A DNA stretch of 64,000 nt. Source: Malacoraja senta (taxonomy: Eukaryota). The notes under the pieces are model-generated. The model worked only from the letters and a program-made list of their open reading frames with translations, made no database searches and had not been told where the DNA came from. The DNA is taken from the NCBI GenBank assembly GCA_038087875.1, contig JAXLNO010000438.1, positions 558,001 through 622,000 on the forward strand, given 5' to 3'. Position numbers and translations under genes: made by a program. Numbering within the stretch: position 1 is the stretch's first letter; each line of letters starts with the position of its first letter. Of the stretch, positions 24,071 through 37,816 are shown piece after piece.

Positions 24071-26519
24071 ATTATCAGCTCATGACTGCTCCACCTGAAT
24101 CCATCAGTCACCAGAACTTGCTGCAGTAAATAGATTTTTTTTCTTAAAATAGAAAAATATAGACATTTTTCTCTCATCTTGAAATAGAAAAATATATTTT
24201 TTAATTTTTGTCTTACTGTGACAAAAGCAGAGATTGAACTGAAGAGGCAAAAGAACAGAATCAACAATTGACCCTCTTTGCAAGTATCAACAAACAATCT
24301 GCTGGAGAAACTTAATGGGCCGTGCAGCAGGATGGAAATTAATGGTCAACCTTTTGGGCCAAAACAATGCATCAGGACCTAGAATGGAGAGGGAAGATAG
24401 CCAGCCTAAAGAGGAGAGAGGGATTGGGGAAATGCTAGTAAGACGTTATCGGTGGATTCTGGAAGGGTATAGGATTATAGGCATATGGAGTTGGGATTCT
24501 TTGCAAGAATACCTTAAATTCTAGATATTCATGTGTCAATTCTCTGTGGGCCTTAACAGCGCTCTCACAGCAGCAGGTCTGTAAATTAAATAGGCACCAA
24601 ATACACTGGGATTTAGTCACCATTGAATATATCCTCCACAACAAATTGAGAAAGAACTTCCATCTTAAATAGAGCTGTCTATGCTAAATAGCATAGGTTC
24701 AGGGAAATGACAAGGGTACATTGATCAGGTACATTGATTAAACAGCTACTGAAAGTACAAATGCATATTTTAAGAAGCTATTTGATCAAGGTCACGTGAT
24801 GGACTCTTGGCATTCCCCTAAACTTGAGGAAGCTCTATGTAACAGAATAGTCCCTCTGCAATGATACACAAAATGTCTATTGAAAAGATGGTGAAGAATG
24901 ACTTGCAAATGGCTGTACCTGTGAAAGTGTCTGCCTCACGAGACACTTAATATCCCACATAACGGAAATTAAGCAAGTTATCTTCAATCCAGAAGGTCAG
25001 TCTAAGAACAAAACATGCACCAGATCTTCTCCATCATATGAATAAACATCCTCAGACAAAACAATGATGATTCCTGGAACTTGTCAGTTTAAACGACTCC
25101 AGAGTTAATGGAGGGGGGGTGGGGGAGGGAAAGGGGTCAATTAAGATGTTACTCGAGAGATCCTGGAATAATATCATATTATATAATGACCTGGTCTTCA
25201 TTGTATAAAATATTTAAGTATTTAGAAGACATTGCAGGGATTATGTTCTGAATGTGTTGTGTTTAAAACAAATTTGATTACAATTTAAAATAAAAATAAT
25301 GATTGCAGTTCATTTTACATGAAGATAGAAAACAATTAGAATTGTAACACCCTGTTAGCTGCCACCAAAGGGGAATGGCTGCGTTCTTGGTAACGAGGGG
25401 GAGAAAATGTTATAAAGGATGGAAATGCAATGGCTTGAAATAAAATGAGTACCTAGGAGCAAAGAATAATTAGAAAATGCAATGATGAACTGCAGTACTG
25501 TGAAAGGGATGAACATGAAAAAAAGGAGAGATGTGGATTATGTAAGAGTGGCTTTGTACTGATAATCTGCGTTTCAGCCTTGGCTGTCTGTTGATAATTG
25601 TGTGTCTTAATTTGCACAGATTTATAAAGGGAAAATAGATTCACAAAATGTGGTGTGTGGCACCCTGGTGTTCTGTAGCAAGCATTCATAGACAAAACAC
25701 AATCAGTAGTTCTCATTTCCATCACAAATCGAATTTCCTGATATAAGACAGCTTTTCAAATTGCTGATTTTTATGGGAATACATTAGCAACTGGTTCACC
25801 ATATTATACAAGTAATGTAGAAATTGGATAAATCTGAAATATTTTCCTGCAGCCTCTCGGCTACAGACGATGTCCTCGTTCTTGATCACATTGTGATGTT
25901 ACGAATCAAAAGATATGCTAAAAAGAAAGAAAACCTGTTTATTTGATTGGACATATTCTGATGCACAAAAACAACTTAGCAACAGTTTGTTAGAATCATA
26001 GGCCCTATGCCCCAACTCATCCATACCGACCAAGATGCCCCATCTAAGCTAGTCCCATTTGCCCACATTTGGTCCATATTGCTCTAAACCTTTTCTATCC
26101 AAGTCGTTTCACATTTGATGCTTAGTATTTGATGCATTTCTAGTTTCTAAAAATAGAAAATTATTTTTAAAATTCCTGGACAATATTTGACGATGTTGGT
26201 TGGAAAAGGCATATTGGCCAGAATATTTCAAACACTCCGTAAACACAAAGGTTAGAAATTTTAAAATAGATATCTGTGCATGAAATATTGACCCATTTGG
26301 ACCTAATTATGTGAGTGGTCACTGAGTCATTCCTGCACCACTCAGAGATCTATTCTTAATATATTTGTTAAAAAGGATTGGATTTCACAGTATAGGAACA
26401 CTTGTTTGCTGACATAAAAATCATTCCCATTCTTTTGACAGAGGAAGATATTGATTTCATTTGATGAAGTGAAACAAATGGTAAATTAGATGGAAAGTAA
26501 CTAAGCAATTTAATATCAT

Positions 26520-27510
26520 ACTTATATCATACTTATATAATAACATTTTAAATATAGAACCTCCATCGACAGAGGCAATTAGAGTAGATTGGGAACAAGA
26601 ATTACAGATAAAAATTGAGAAAGAAGCATGGGAAAAATACCTGATATATATACATAAATGTTTGATTAATGTAAAACATAATTTAATCCAATTTAAAATT
26701 TTACATAGACTATACTACTCGAAAACTAGATTGAATAAATTTTATCCAAATATCTCACCAATATGTGATAAATGCTTAGCTGAGAATGCCACTATAACAC
26801 ACTCTTTTGTCTCCTGTATAAAACTTCATAAATACTGGAATGAAATTTTTGAGATTTTTACATAATTATTTAATAGAAGACTGGAACCGAATACAGAATT
26901 GATTATCTTTGGATCAATGGAAGATGGGAATAAGCTAAATACGTATCAAAAATCCGTACTTAATTACGGTTTAATAATGGCAAAAAAACATACTTATATT
27001 TTGGAAAAATTCGCCAACACCAACGGTGAAAATGTGGATTTCAAAGAAATTCGCCAACACCAACGGTGAAATGTGGATTTCAAAGAAATACGACTCCTTC
27101 TAGTAGGTAAGGTGTCTTATTGATATGGTCTCCCTTTATCGACTTTCTACAAGCATATGGTGCAACACAATCATAGAAATATAATGGTTCAGAGACAGGT
27201 GATGGGGGGTAGGATTATCAAATATATATCGCTTTCAATCTCCTTTCCTCTTCTCTTTTGTTTCTTTTTTCTTTCTTTCTTCTCTTCTTTTTTTCTCCTC
27301 ATTTTTTTTCTAGGGCTATTTTGCTATCTCACGCAACACTTCATCTCAATCTTTCCTTTTGTAATCTTTCATTTCTTATTTTTGCTTAATTATTAAATTA
27401 AAAATAAGAAGTTGTATATGAAATGTAATATGTCAATAAGTATTAGGTACTTTGGTACCACATTATTGTACTTACTTCTAAAAAATAAATATAAAAATAA
27501 AAAAAAAGTA
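26520..27510 (+). mobile_element. L1 3' fragment with internal ~40-bp tandem duplication
   Basis: NVKHNLIQFKILHRLYYSKTRLNKFYPN..ICDKC matches 11656-14125; AAATTCGCCAACACCAACGGTGAAA(A)TGTGGATTTCAAAG occurs twice at ~27007-27087; A-rich tail. Confidence 0.9.
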
Positions 27511-29027
27511 ACTCAGGAGGAACCTGGGAAAACGGGAAAAAGCTGCAAAGTGATTTTTATATCTACTGAGCGGCATCTTTGAATGTGGAGAGGAAGAGAG
27601 AAGTGCAATGAAATGAGAATGATTTGCAATGTTTTTCAGTGCTGTTAGAGACGTTAACATTCCTTATCATTCCTGTAAAGCCTACTGTCTAATAATAGCA
27701 TACTATGCGGCGGCTGAATTAGGCTTCCTCTCACTTATGGCACAAGTGGAAATGATTGTTGTTTTCTTTTCATGTGATTTTTCCTCTTTCTTGAGAGAAC
27801 AATAATGATGTTGATTATTAATCTGGACGAGTGTGCCAGCTGGCTGTTGTACATGTGGTAAAGTGAAAAATGACTGTTTTGAGGCATGACCTCATTCAAC
27901 AAGAGCCCGTGGGCAGGAAGGCCGAAAGGGAAACACGCTTATGAAGTTCCTTGCATTGAGGCTGGCCAATGAGTTATTACAGCAGATACTAACATCAAGG
28001 AATATGCAAGTGAGGGGAAGGGAGAGTGAGAGGGGTGTCAACCGAAGATGTTGCGTTCCAGTGCAGCATTTTTCTGAGATTGTTTCTGTGTCAAAGTGCT
28101 CCTCACAATAACATCAGACTTGTAAAGATGAGGCTCCCTTATTTCTTGTAGATAGAGATCAAAACTTCAAATTCCTGGGCATGCAGATCTCCGAAGATCT
28201 GTCCTGGACTCAGCACATTGATACAATCATAAAGTAAGCCCATCAACGCCTCTACTTCCTTAGAAGATTGAGGAGATTTGGTAAGTTGATGAATACTCTC
28301 TTGAACTTGTACAGTAGAGAAGAGGGAGTGGCCGGGATGCAACCCATCCTTGATTATGCTGGTGGCCTTGCCAAGGCAGCGTGAGGAGTAAATGGAGTCA
28401 ATGGAAACGAGGTTGGTTTGTGTGATGCTCTGGGCTGCATTGAACTATCTAAATTGTACTAACAGTTCATATGCAATCTTACTAGCTGTCACACACAGGT
28501 CTCTCTGGCTGATAATGCATAACACACTCACTGGTTAAACAGAATCTTAATGGTTTTCAATTTAATAAAAATAAATTCTCATGAAATAGTTATCAGCAGA
28601 TTATCAGTCTGTTAATCAGTGTTTGTTCAATGCTGATGCTGATTGTTCCCTCGATGACCTGAAAAAGATTAAACTCCTGCCACAACAACGACTGTGAATT
28701 TCTGCACTACACCCGGCTCTTGGCTACAGCAAGAAAAGCATGTTGTTGATTTTAAAGTCATTATTTAGGGAGTGGATGAAGAGCAAAAATGTCGTCATTT
28801 CTTTGCATGAATTGGAAAAATAAACAGTTGGATAAGGCGTGGGTGGGTGATAGGAGCACTTTGATTTTAACTGTACTTTGATTGTGGCTAACCCATCCCA
28901 AGGCATTAATATGTCAAGATGTAATTTAGGTGTTGAGTCACTACCCATAAGCTTAAGAAAGATCATTTAGTCTTGTCAAATGCGGTACAGGATTGTCAAT
29001 AGTTCTGTACCAAACATTTCATGCGTT

Positions 29028-29152
29028 AAGATAGACACAAATGCTGGAGTAACTCGGCGGGTCAGGCTGCATCTCTTGAGGGTGATGTTTGGAGTCAAGA
29101 CCCATCTTCAGACTGGTTGCTCAGGCTGGTTCAGATAGCGTCTGAAGAAGGG
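29028..29152 (-). mobile_element. Penelope terminal-repeat insertion with partial inverted second copy
   Basis: AGATAGACACAAATGCTGGAGTAACTC...TCTTCAGACTG, then GTCTGAAGAAGGG on + strand. Confidence 0.7.
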
Positions 29153-29394
29153 AATGCTGGAACCCCATGGAGTTAAAGGGAACACAGGAGCTGGAGCCAA
29201 CGTGACGTTAAAGAGGGCACAGGAATTGGGAATTGGGAATTGGTATTAGAGTGAGCATGGGAATCAGCACCCAGTGAGAGATGCCGAACTATCAAGATTT
29301 CTGAACTATTGGGTAGTGGATCATCAGAATTATACTGTATCTTGGTGTATCTGTATCAAAAATCAGTGTTTTAAGCTGTTCACTGCAAGATGAA

Positions 29395-29980
29395 TGCAGA
29401 CAAGATTTACGAGGAACTGAGGGGCAGAACTACAGGTATATGTAGGGCAGGCTAGGACTTTCTTCCTTGGATTGCAATAGGCTGAGGGGTGAACTTCTAT
29501 ATAGCTGCATTAAACAACGAGAGGAACAGATAGAACGAATGGACAGTCTTTTTCCCAGAGTAGGGAAATCAAGAACAAGAAGGCAGAGATTTAAGGTAAG
29601 AGGGGAAAAATGCAATAGAAACCTGAAGAGCAACTTTTTCCACATAGAGGGCGTTGCCAGAGAAAGTAGTTGAGGCATGTAAAATAACATAATTGAAAAT
29701 ACATTTGTAGGAAGGAACTGGAGATGCTGGTTTAAACCAAAGATAGACATAAAAAGCTGGAGTAACTCAACGGGACAGGCAGCATCTCTGGAGAGAAGGA
29801 AGGGGTGATGTTTAAAACGTCACCCATTCCTTCTCTGCAAAAACATTTGGACAGGTACATGGATAGGAAAGGCTCAGAGGGATATGGGCCAAACACTAGT
29901 AAATGGGACTAGCTTAGATGAATGAGTAGCACATGGATGAGTAGCGCTGATGGGCAAGTTTCTATGCTGTTTGACTCTAT
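29395..29980 (+). mobile_element. old CR1 3' fragment containing a nested Penelope repeat (~29706-29838)
   Basis: Peptide DSLFPRVGKSRTRRQRFKVRGEK..NLKSNFF; CR1 sequence resumes after the nested repeat. Confidence 0.75.
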
Positions 29981-30403
29981 GCAGTGACCCAGTGATACTC
30001 CTTTCCAATGGTTTGAGGGCTGGGATGAGATTAAAGAAATAAATAGGTAAAAAGTCTTGATCATGCTTCATTTATCACTTGGCATTTTTCTGGAAGCTGC
30101 TATGCACAAAATCCTTCTATCCAGAGATGCCGCCCGTCCTGCTGAGTTACTCCAGCATTTTGTCTCTATCATAGGCAGTCTCGTGTGATCAACGATTATT
30201 TATTTCGATCTAGTTTCACGGAAGCTTAAACTGTTAATGGTACCAATGTGGGAATCACAGACATTTCCGCAGATGGGGTAGATGGTGGATAGCTTGCTAT
30301 GATAGATGGTTGGAAATCTCATGGTTCTGAGATATTTGAACATATGCACCAGATAATAGCTGAACAATCTATGGCTCTGAACCTTAAATAATCTTTGATG
30401 CAG

Positions 30404-30654
30404 GTGCATGCAAGGGGTTTGGGAAGCCAAAATGAACATGTTAAGATCTAATGAGAAACTGTCCAGTGTCCGTAAACAACACTGCAGAGCCAAAGTTCCT
30501 CAAATTTCAATGATTGAACTGGAGTACTTGAGTGACAATTATATTCTCTTCAACCTATCGCTCTGGACCAAAGAGAATCTTTGTCGTGTCACAATGTGTG
30601 ACATTTGGAGATTCAGTCATAAAAATCCAGGCAACCCTGTCCATTATAATCCAG
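30404..30654 (+). CDS. candidate internal host exon (251 nt)
   Basis: tgcag acceptor and CAG|gtagga donor bracket an 83-codon open, non-repeat, protein-like frame CMQGVWEAKMNML...WRFSHKNPGNPVHYNP. Confidence 0.45.
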
Positions 30655-32159
30655 GTAGGACCTGGATGTATCCTAAATATCATTCAATAGTGCTTTATTT
30701 GTCACATATGCAATTTCACAGTGAAAATCTTTTTGCATATATTACACAGGCAGGCGCCACCATTTCCAAAGCAAAACAAGAGACATTAAATGTTAGTCAA
30801 GGCATTCACGGAGTGCATGTTAAAATATTAAAATAAAGATCCCATCAACCCAGGCAGTTCGACGCCAGTACATATTTCAAAAAGAATCCAGCTGACATTG
30901 CAAGTCACAGTTTATGTACGAACATAGGTTTGGTCATTTTCAGAAACTGTAGATAGAAATCATGGTGGTATTTTTTTTCCAGCGCTATTATAAAATGAAG
31001 TGTCATTATGTTTGGAAATTTTAAAACAGCTGGCAGGATGCCATACCACCCAACACAGCACCTTTTCAATCTCTGCACAATGACATTTATTTAAATAATA
31101 AATCATAATATTATCTTTAATAGCAGCAACAGAGATCAGTGCTGTAAGGCTTGGTTAGTCATTTCCAAACTGCGAAGATGAAGCAGCATACTACTTCTTG
31201 TGGCTGACTGGATTGGGAAATATGCTACAAGAAAAAAAATGATTTGCAGCTGTGTGCCTCCATAAAAATTAAGCATTTTCTAACATTAAAATTTACAACC
31301 TCCATTACTTGGATGGAAACTATAAAACACTGTAATGTAAAATAATTATTTATTCTTTTTATTAAAAATAGGGATATAATAATCCACTTATAAATAGGAA
31401 ATGCTGGCATGTCAGTTCGATAAAATAAAATTCTTCCAGTCCCTTGCCTATCTATTTTTTTTTGTTTAACAGAAATTAGCTTGATATATGCAATATGGTT
31501 GAATATGGCTCTACTGGAAAATTGGATAAAGCCATATGGTTATAAATTAGCCCAAAACTTGGCTAATGTAGTCTGGAATGTTGTAAAGCCTCAGACATCT
31601 GTCTGACCAACAGAGAACTGAATGATGTACTTCATCAAACCTGACCTTGGAGTACTTATAACATTTTCCCACATAAAGGGAAGACCTCTGTCTTACTGTC
31701 TTTGTCACTGAATTATTTACATGAACATCCGCACTTTGTTGACGTTGAGAACAATTAATCTGATGTGTTCCAGACAGAGTTACTGTGGTACAGTTGTGAC
31801 GGATCTTCTAACGTCACATTATCAGGTCACAGAGGCATTTTGAGCTCAACAATTACTTTGATGCCGAAGTAGTTGATGAGATTTGACACACTAATATTGC
31901 TGAGATGTTTGGCTCTAAGTAGTGTGTCTGCAATGAAACTTTAGGGGAAGTTACCGATTGTAGGAGGGTTAAATTTCAGGCACCTGCCCCTTATTAAAAG
32001 TAGAGAATCGTGCAATGCAGAAACAGGCCCACTGAGAGAGTTCATGGGAATAAGGGGACAGTGAAAAAAGGGATTAGAGTAGATCAGTATTTGATGATCA
32101 GCTCCGTCCTTGTTCCGTACTGTAAGACTTTTTGATTCCAAGTCCATAAGTAGTTAGAA

Positions 32160-32490
32160 TGGTAAAGACGGCATATGGTATGTTTGATTTTGTAGGTTGG
32201 GGTCCTGAGCATAAAGGTCCAGGCAGTTGTGATGTAATTTTATAGGACTTTGCTTAGGCCGCGTTTGGAATGCAGTTGCAGTTCTGGTTGCCCCATTACA
32301 GTAAGGATGTGAAAGCTTTGGAAAGGATGCAGAGGAGGTTTACCATTATAATGCCTGGATTAGGGAGCATTAGCTAAAGGGTTGGCAGACTTGGTTTGTT
32401 TTCTCTGGAATGCCAGAGGTTGCGGGGCGATCTGATGGAGGAACATAACATTATGAGAGGCATAGATAGGGTAGACGATCAGAACCCATG
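32160..32490 (+). mobile_element. old CR1 fragment
   Basis: Decayed YRTLLRPRLE..QFWLPHYSKDVKALERMQRRFT-like sequence. Confidence 0.7.
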
Positions 32491-32601
32491 ATACTAATTG
32501 GAGACATGGGATTCTTCAGTTCATATATACTAGCTATCTTACCTTGGGAAAGAGGTGAACATCTTAGGGAGAATGCAGGCAAGATTTTTCAACATTTTTC
32601 A

Positions 32602-32913
32602 ACAGAGGCCCGAGAGCCGTTGGAGAGGTCGCAGAGGGAGGAGCTACACCCGAGCGGTAGGAGTTAAAGTCGAGCGCGAGGCTTGTTCCTTACAGAGGCC
32701 CGAGAGCCGTTGGAGAGGTCGCAGAGGGAGGAGCTACACCCGAGCGGTAGGAGTTAAAGTCGAGCGCGGGGCTTGTTCCTTACAGAGGCCCGAGAGCCGT
32801 TGGAGAGGTCGCAGTGGGATGAGCTACACCCGAGCGGTAGGAGTTAAAGTCGAGCGCGGGGCTTGTTCCTTACAGAGGCCCGAGAGCCGTTGGAGAGGTC
32901 ACAGAGGGAGGAG
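32602..32913 (+). repeat. 90-bp tandem monomer array (~3.5 copies) in CR1 5' region
   Basis: Unit starting ACAGAGGCCCGAGAGCCG at 32602, 32692, 32782 and 32872; copies nearly identical. Confidence 0.95.
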
Positions 32914-33087
32914 GAACCGAAATCTGTAACATTCCAAGTTCCACTCGCACTTCAAAAACAAGTGGGCTTAAGGAAGCCGCTGATTGGTGGAAGCAGACAA
33001 GAAGGAGCAGCTGATTGGGAGTCAGATCCCTGCTGATTGTATTGTAGCAGTTTGTTTAGTATTGTATCCTAGGTAAGGGGAGTATGA

Positions 33088-33639
33088 GGGCTCTGTCCCA
33101 CGGGTTTGCGGTCATTGGCGGTGAAGCGCGGCGTCGCTGGAAGAGGGGACCGCACGGCAACCACGAGAGCGCTGCACGGATGCTGCGCGGGGGCCGAGTG
33201 ATCTCCTTACGGCCGGTTCCACGAGCTTGCAGCGTCGGGTGATGACGTAATCGTGCAACGCGACGCGCTACGCGATGACGTCTTTCGGATCGCGGGGCTG
33301 TGGCGGCGCACACGTGCCTCACTGGCGGCGGCTGTGGCGGCGGCCGTGCCGCACATGTGCCTCACTGGCGGAGGCTGTGGCGGTGAAGGTTCGACTCGCG
33401 GCGCTCGTGCCACACTGGCGGCGGCTGTGGCGGTAACCGTGCCGCACTCGTGCCTCACTGGCGTCAAGAAATTATTTTTGAACATTGCTGACTTTTTGTG
33501 AGCACCATGCGATGTTGGGACCAACGCCGCATGGCCTCGGCAGTTTGCGTTTGACCGAACCCGCGGTCTCTGACGGTCCACGAGCGGTAGATACTTCCTG
33601 TATCACCGCCAATGACCGCAGACTCGTGAGACAGGCCTT
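33088..33639. mobile_element. non-autonomous TIR DNA transposon (MITE, PIF/Harbinger-like)
   Basis: 37-bp imperfect TIRs (33088-33124, 33603-33639; 30/37 match), 3-bp TSD TGA, GC-rich interior with GTGCCTCACTGGCGG..GGCTGTGGCGG repeats. Confidence 0.8.
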
Positions 33640-34557
33640 TGAGTGCCTGGGCAGTTTGTTGTTCTGGATGTCAGATGTGGGCAATCAATGAATCTGACAG
33701 CCTTACAGACGTCCACATCTGCGCCAGGTGCATCGAGATGGGGCTCCTAAGGGACCGTATTAGGAACCTGGAGCAGCAGCTCGATGACCTCCGTCTGGTC
33801 AGGGAGAGCGAGGAAGTCATTGAGAGGAGTTACAGGGAGGTGGTCACTCCAAGACCACAGGAGGGAGGCAAGTGGGTCACGGTTGGGAGAGGCAAGGGGC
33901 ACAGGCAGGGACTAGAGAGTACCCTGGTGGCTGTACACCTTGACAATAAGTACTCCTGTTTGAGTACTGTTGGGGAGGACAGCCTACCTGGGGGTAGCGA
34001 CAGCGGCCAGGCCTCCGGTACAGAGACCGGTCCTGTTGCTCAGAAGGGTAAGGAAAAGAAGGGGAGGGCATTAGTAATAGGGGACTCTATAGTTAGGGGG
34101 TCAGACAGGCGATTCTGTGGACGCAGTCGGGAGACCCGGATGGTAGTTTGCCTCCCTGGTGCCAGGATCTGTGATGTGTCTCCTGAAAGGGGAGGGAGAG
34201 GAGCCCGAGGTCGTGGTACATATAGGTACCAATGACATAGGTAAAAAATGAGAAGAGGTCCTGAAAGGAGAATATAGGGAGTTAGGATGGGAGTTTAAGT
34301 GAAGGACCGCAAAGGTAACAATCTCGGGATTACTGCCTGTGCCACGCGACAGTGAGAGTAGGAATGGAGCGAGGTGGAGGATAAATGCGTGGCTGAAGGA
34401 CTGGTGCAGAGGACAGGGATTCAAATTTCTGGATCATTGGGACCTCTTTTGTGGAAGGTGCGACCTGTACAAAAAGGATGGGTTGCACTTGAACCCGAGG
34501 GGGACCAATATCCTGGCGGGGAGTTTTGCTAAGGCTACTGGGGAGACTTTAAACTAG
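33640..34557 (+). pseudogene. CR1 ORF1 (Cys-rich N-terminus, leucine zipper, SGNH esterase), disrupted
   Basis: CxxCxMW..CxxC, coiled coil LRDRIRNLEQQLDDL, GDSIVRG, VHIGTND (other frame), DGLHLN; true ATG at 33084 separated by the MITE. Confidence 0.85.
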
Positions 34558-34869
34558 AACGGTTGGGGGGGAAGGACTCAAATAGAGAAAGCTATTAGAC
34601 AGTGTGTGAGGCAGGAGGCAGAGAAGGAAAGCACTCAGACCCAACATGTAGGAGGGAAAGAAGAAAACAATAATAAACAGAGAATAAGAGGTGGTGGGGT
34701 TCTTAAATGGGTGAGCAGAGAAACAGAGGGGTGTAAAATGGGGGCGGAAGCAATAGGTAGCAAGGTGAAAAGTAAAAGTGGCAGGCAGACAAATCCAGGG
34801 CAAAAATCAAAAAGGGCCACTTTTCAACATAATTGTAAAAGGGGTAAGAGCGTTGTAAAAACAAGCCTG

Positions 34870-37672
34870 AAGGCTTTGTGTCTCAATGCAAGGAGCATTC
34901 GTAATAAGGTGGATGAGTTGAACGTGCAGATAGCTATTAATGATTATGATATAGTTGGGATCACGGAGACATGGCTCAAGGATGACCAAGGCTGGGAGCT
35001 GAACATCCAGGGATATTCAATATTCAGGAGGGATAGAGAGAAAGCAAAAGGAGGTGGGGTAGCATTGCTGGTTAGAGAGGAGATTAACGCAGTGGAAAGG
35101 AAGGACATTAGCTTGGAGGATGTGGAATCGGTATGGGTACTGCTGCGAAACACTAAGGGGCAGAAAACGTGGTGGGTGTTGTGTACAGGCCACCTAACAG
35201 TAGTAGTGAAGTTGGGGATGGCATCAAACAGGAAATTAGAAATGCGTGCAACAAAGGCAAAACAGTTATAATGGGTGACTTCAATCTACATATAGATTGG
35301 GTGAATCAAATTGGCAGGGGTGCTGAGGAAGAGGATTTCTTGGAATGTATGCGGGATAGTTATCTAAACCAACATGTAGAGGAACCAACACGAGAGCAGG
35401 CTATTCTAGACTGGGTATTGAGTAATGAGGAAGGGTTAGTTAGCAGTCTTGTTGTGCATGCCCCCTTGGGCAAGAGTGACCATAATATGGTTGAGTTCTT
35501 CATTGGGATGGAGAGTGACATTGTTAATTCAGAAACAATGGTTCTGAACTTAAAGAAAGGTAACTTTGAGGGTATGAGACGTGAATTGGCCAAGATTGAC
35601 TGGCAATTAGTTCTAAAAGGGTTGACGGTGGATATGCAATGGAAGGCATTTAAAGACTGCATGGATGAACTACAAAAATTGTTCATCCTAATTTGGCAAA
35701 AGAATAAATCAGGGAAGGTAGTGCATCCGTGGATAACAAGGGAAATCAGGGATAGTATCAAAGCAAAAGATGATGCATACAAATTAGCCAGAAAAAGCAG
35801 CATACCAGAGGACTGGGAGAAATTCAGCGACCAGCAGAGGAGGACAAAGGGCTTAATTAGGAAAGGGAAAATAGATTATGAAAGAAAACTGGCAGGGAAC
35901 ATTAAAACTGACTGCAAACGTTTTTATAGATATGTGAAGAGAAAGATTAGTTAAAACAAATGTAGGTCCCTTGCAGTCAGAAACAGGTGAATTGATCATG
36001 GGGAACAAGGATATGGCGGACCAATTGAATAACTACTTTGGTTCCGTCTTCACTAAGGAAGACATAAATAATCTGCCGGAAATAGCAGGGGACCACGGGT
36101 CAAAGGAGATGGAGGAACTGAGTGAAATCCAGGTTAGTCGGGAACTGGTGTTGGGTAAATTGAATGGATTAAAGGCCGTTAAATCACCAGGGCCAGATAG
36201 GCTGCATCCCAGAGTACTTAAGGAAGTAGCTCCAGAAATAGTGGATGCATTAGTGATAATTTTTCAAAACTCTTTAGATTCTGGTGTAGTTCCTGAGGAT
36301 TGGAGGGTAGCAAACGTAACCCCACTTTTTAAGAAGGGAGGGAGAGAGAAAACGGGGAATTACAGACCAGTTAGTCTAACATCGGTAGTGGGGAAACTGC
36401 TAGAGTCAGTTATTAAAGATGGGATAGCAGCACATTTGGAAAGTGGTGAAATCATTGGACAAAGTCAGCATGGATTTATGAAAGGTAAATCATGTCTGAC
36501 GAATCTTATAGAATTTTTCGAGGATGTAACTAGTAGAGTGGATAGGGGAGAACCAGTGGATGTGTTGTATCTGGACTTTCAGAAGGCTTTCGACAAGGTC
36601 CCACATAAGAGATTAGTATACAAACTTAAAGCACACGGTATTGGGGGTTCAGTATTAATGTGGATAGAGAACTGGCTGGCAAACAGGAAGCAAAGAGTAG
36701 GAGTAAACGGGTCCTTTTCACAATGGCAGGCAGTGACTAGTGGGGTACCGCAAGGCTCAGTGCTGGTACCCCAGCTATTTACAATTTATATTAATGAACT
36801 GGATGAGGGAATTGAAGGCAACATCTCCAAGTTTGCGGATGACACTAAGCTGGGGGGGCAGTGTTAGCTGTGAGGAGGATGCTAGGAGACTGCAAGGTGA
36901 CTTGGATAGGCTGGGTGAGTGGGCAAATGTTTGGCAGATGCAGTATAATGTGGATAAATGTGAGGTTATCCACTTTGGTGGCAAAAACAGGAAAGCAGAC
37001 TATTATCTAAATGGTGGCCGATTAGGAAAAGGGGAGATGCAGCGAGACCTGGGTGTCATGGTACACCAGTCATTGAAAGTAGGCATGCAGGTGCAGCAGG
37101 CAGTGAAGAAAGCGAATGGTATGTTAGCTTTCATAGCAAAAGGATTTGAGTATAGGAGCAGGGAGGTTCTACTGCAGTTGTACAGGGTCTTGGTGAGACC
37201 ACACCTGGAGTATTGCGTACAGTTTTGGTCTCCAAATCTGAGGAAGGACATTATTGCCATAGAGGGAGTGCAGAGAAGGTTCACCAGACTGATTCCTGGG
37301 ATGTCAGGACTTTCATATGAAGAAAGACTGGATAGACTCGGCTTATACTCGCTAGAATTTAGGAGATTGAGAGGGGATCTTATAGAAACTTACAAAATTC
37401 TTATGGGGTTGGACAGGCTAGATGCAGGAAGATTGTTCCCGATGTTGGGGAAGTCCAGGACAAGCGGTCACAGCTTAAGGATAAGGGGGAAATCCTTTAA
37501 GACCGAGATGAGAAAAACATTTTTCACACAGAGAGTGGTGAATCTCTGGAACTCTCTGCCACAGAGGGCAGTTGAGGCCAGTTGATTGGCTATATTTAAG
37601 AGGGAGTTAGATGTGGCCCTTGTGGCTAAAGGGATCAGGGGTTATGGAGAGAAGGCAGGTACGGGATACTGA
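34870..37672 (+). pseudogene. CR1 ORF2 endonuclease-reverse transcriptase, frameshifted
   Basis: [52 protein letters not shown]; split over four ORFs. Confidence 0.93.
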
Positions 37673-37816
37673 GTTGGATGATCAGCCATGATCATATTGA
37701 ATGGCGGTGCAGGCTCGAAGGGCCGAATGGCCTACTCCTGCACCTATTTTCTATGTACCTATGTATCTATGATTCCAGGGGGTGAATGATTATTATTGAC
37801 TACTATTTGGTAGCAC

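Larger units (their letters stand above)
32590..37771 (+). mobile_element. full-length CR1 LINE, decayed
   Basis: 5' monomer array, ORF1 (Cys motif, leucine zipper, esterase), ORF2 (APE-RT), 3' UTR ending (CTATGTAY)n. Confidence 0.93.

Noticed and set aside
25853..25947. Possible exon on either strand
   Set aside because: Acceptor-like sites exist on both strands, but there is no convincing donor and frames close quickly
27900..27940. Hammerhead-like GGCCGAAAGGGAAAC
   Set aside because: No CUGANGA box upstream; core incomplete
32555..32929. CRISPR-like array or repeat protein gene
   Set aside because: Contiguous tandem units with no unique spacers and no cas genes; eukaryotic LINE 5' region
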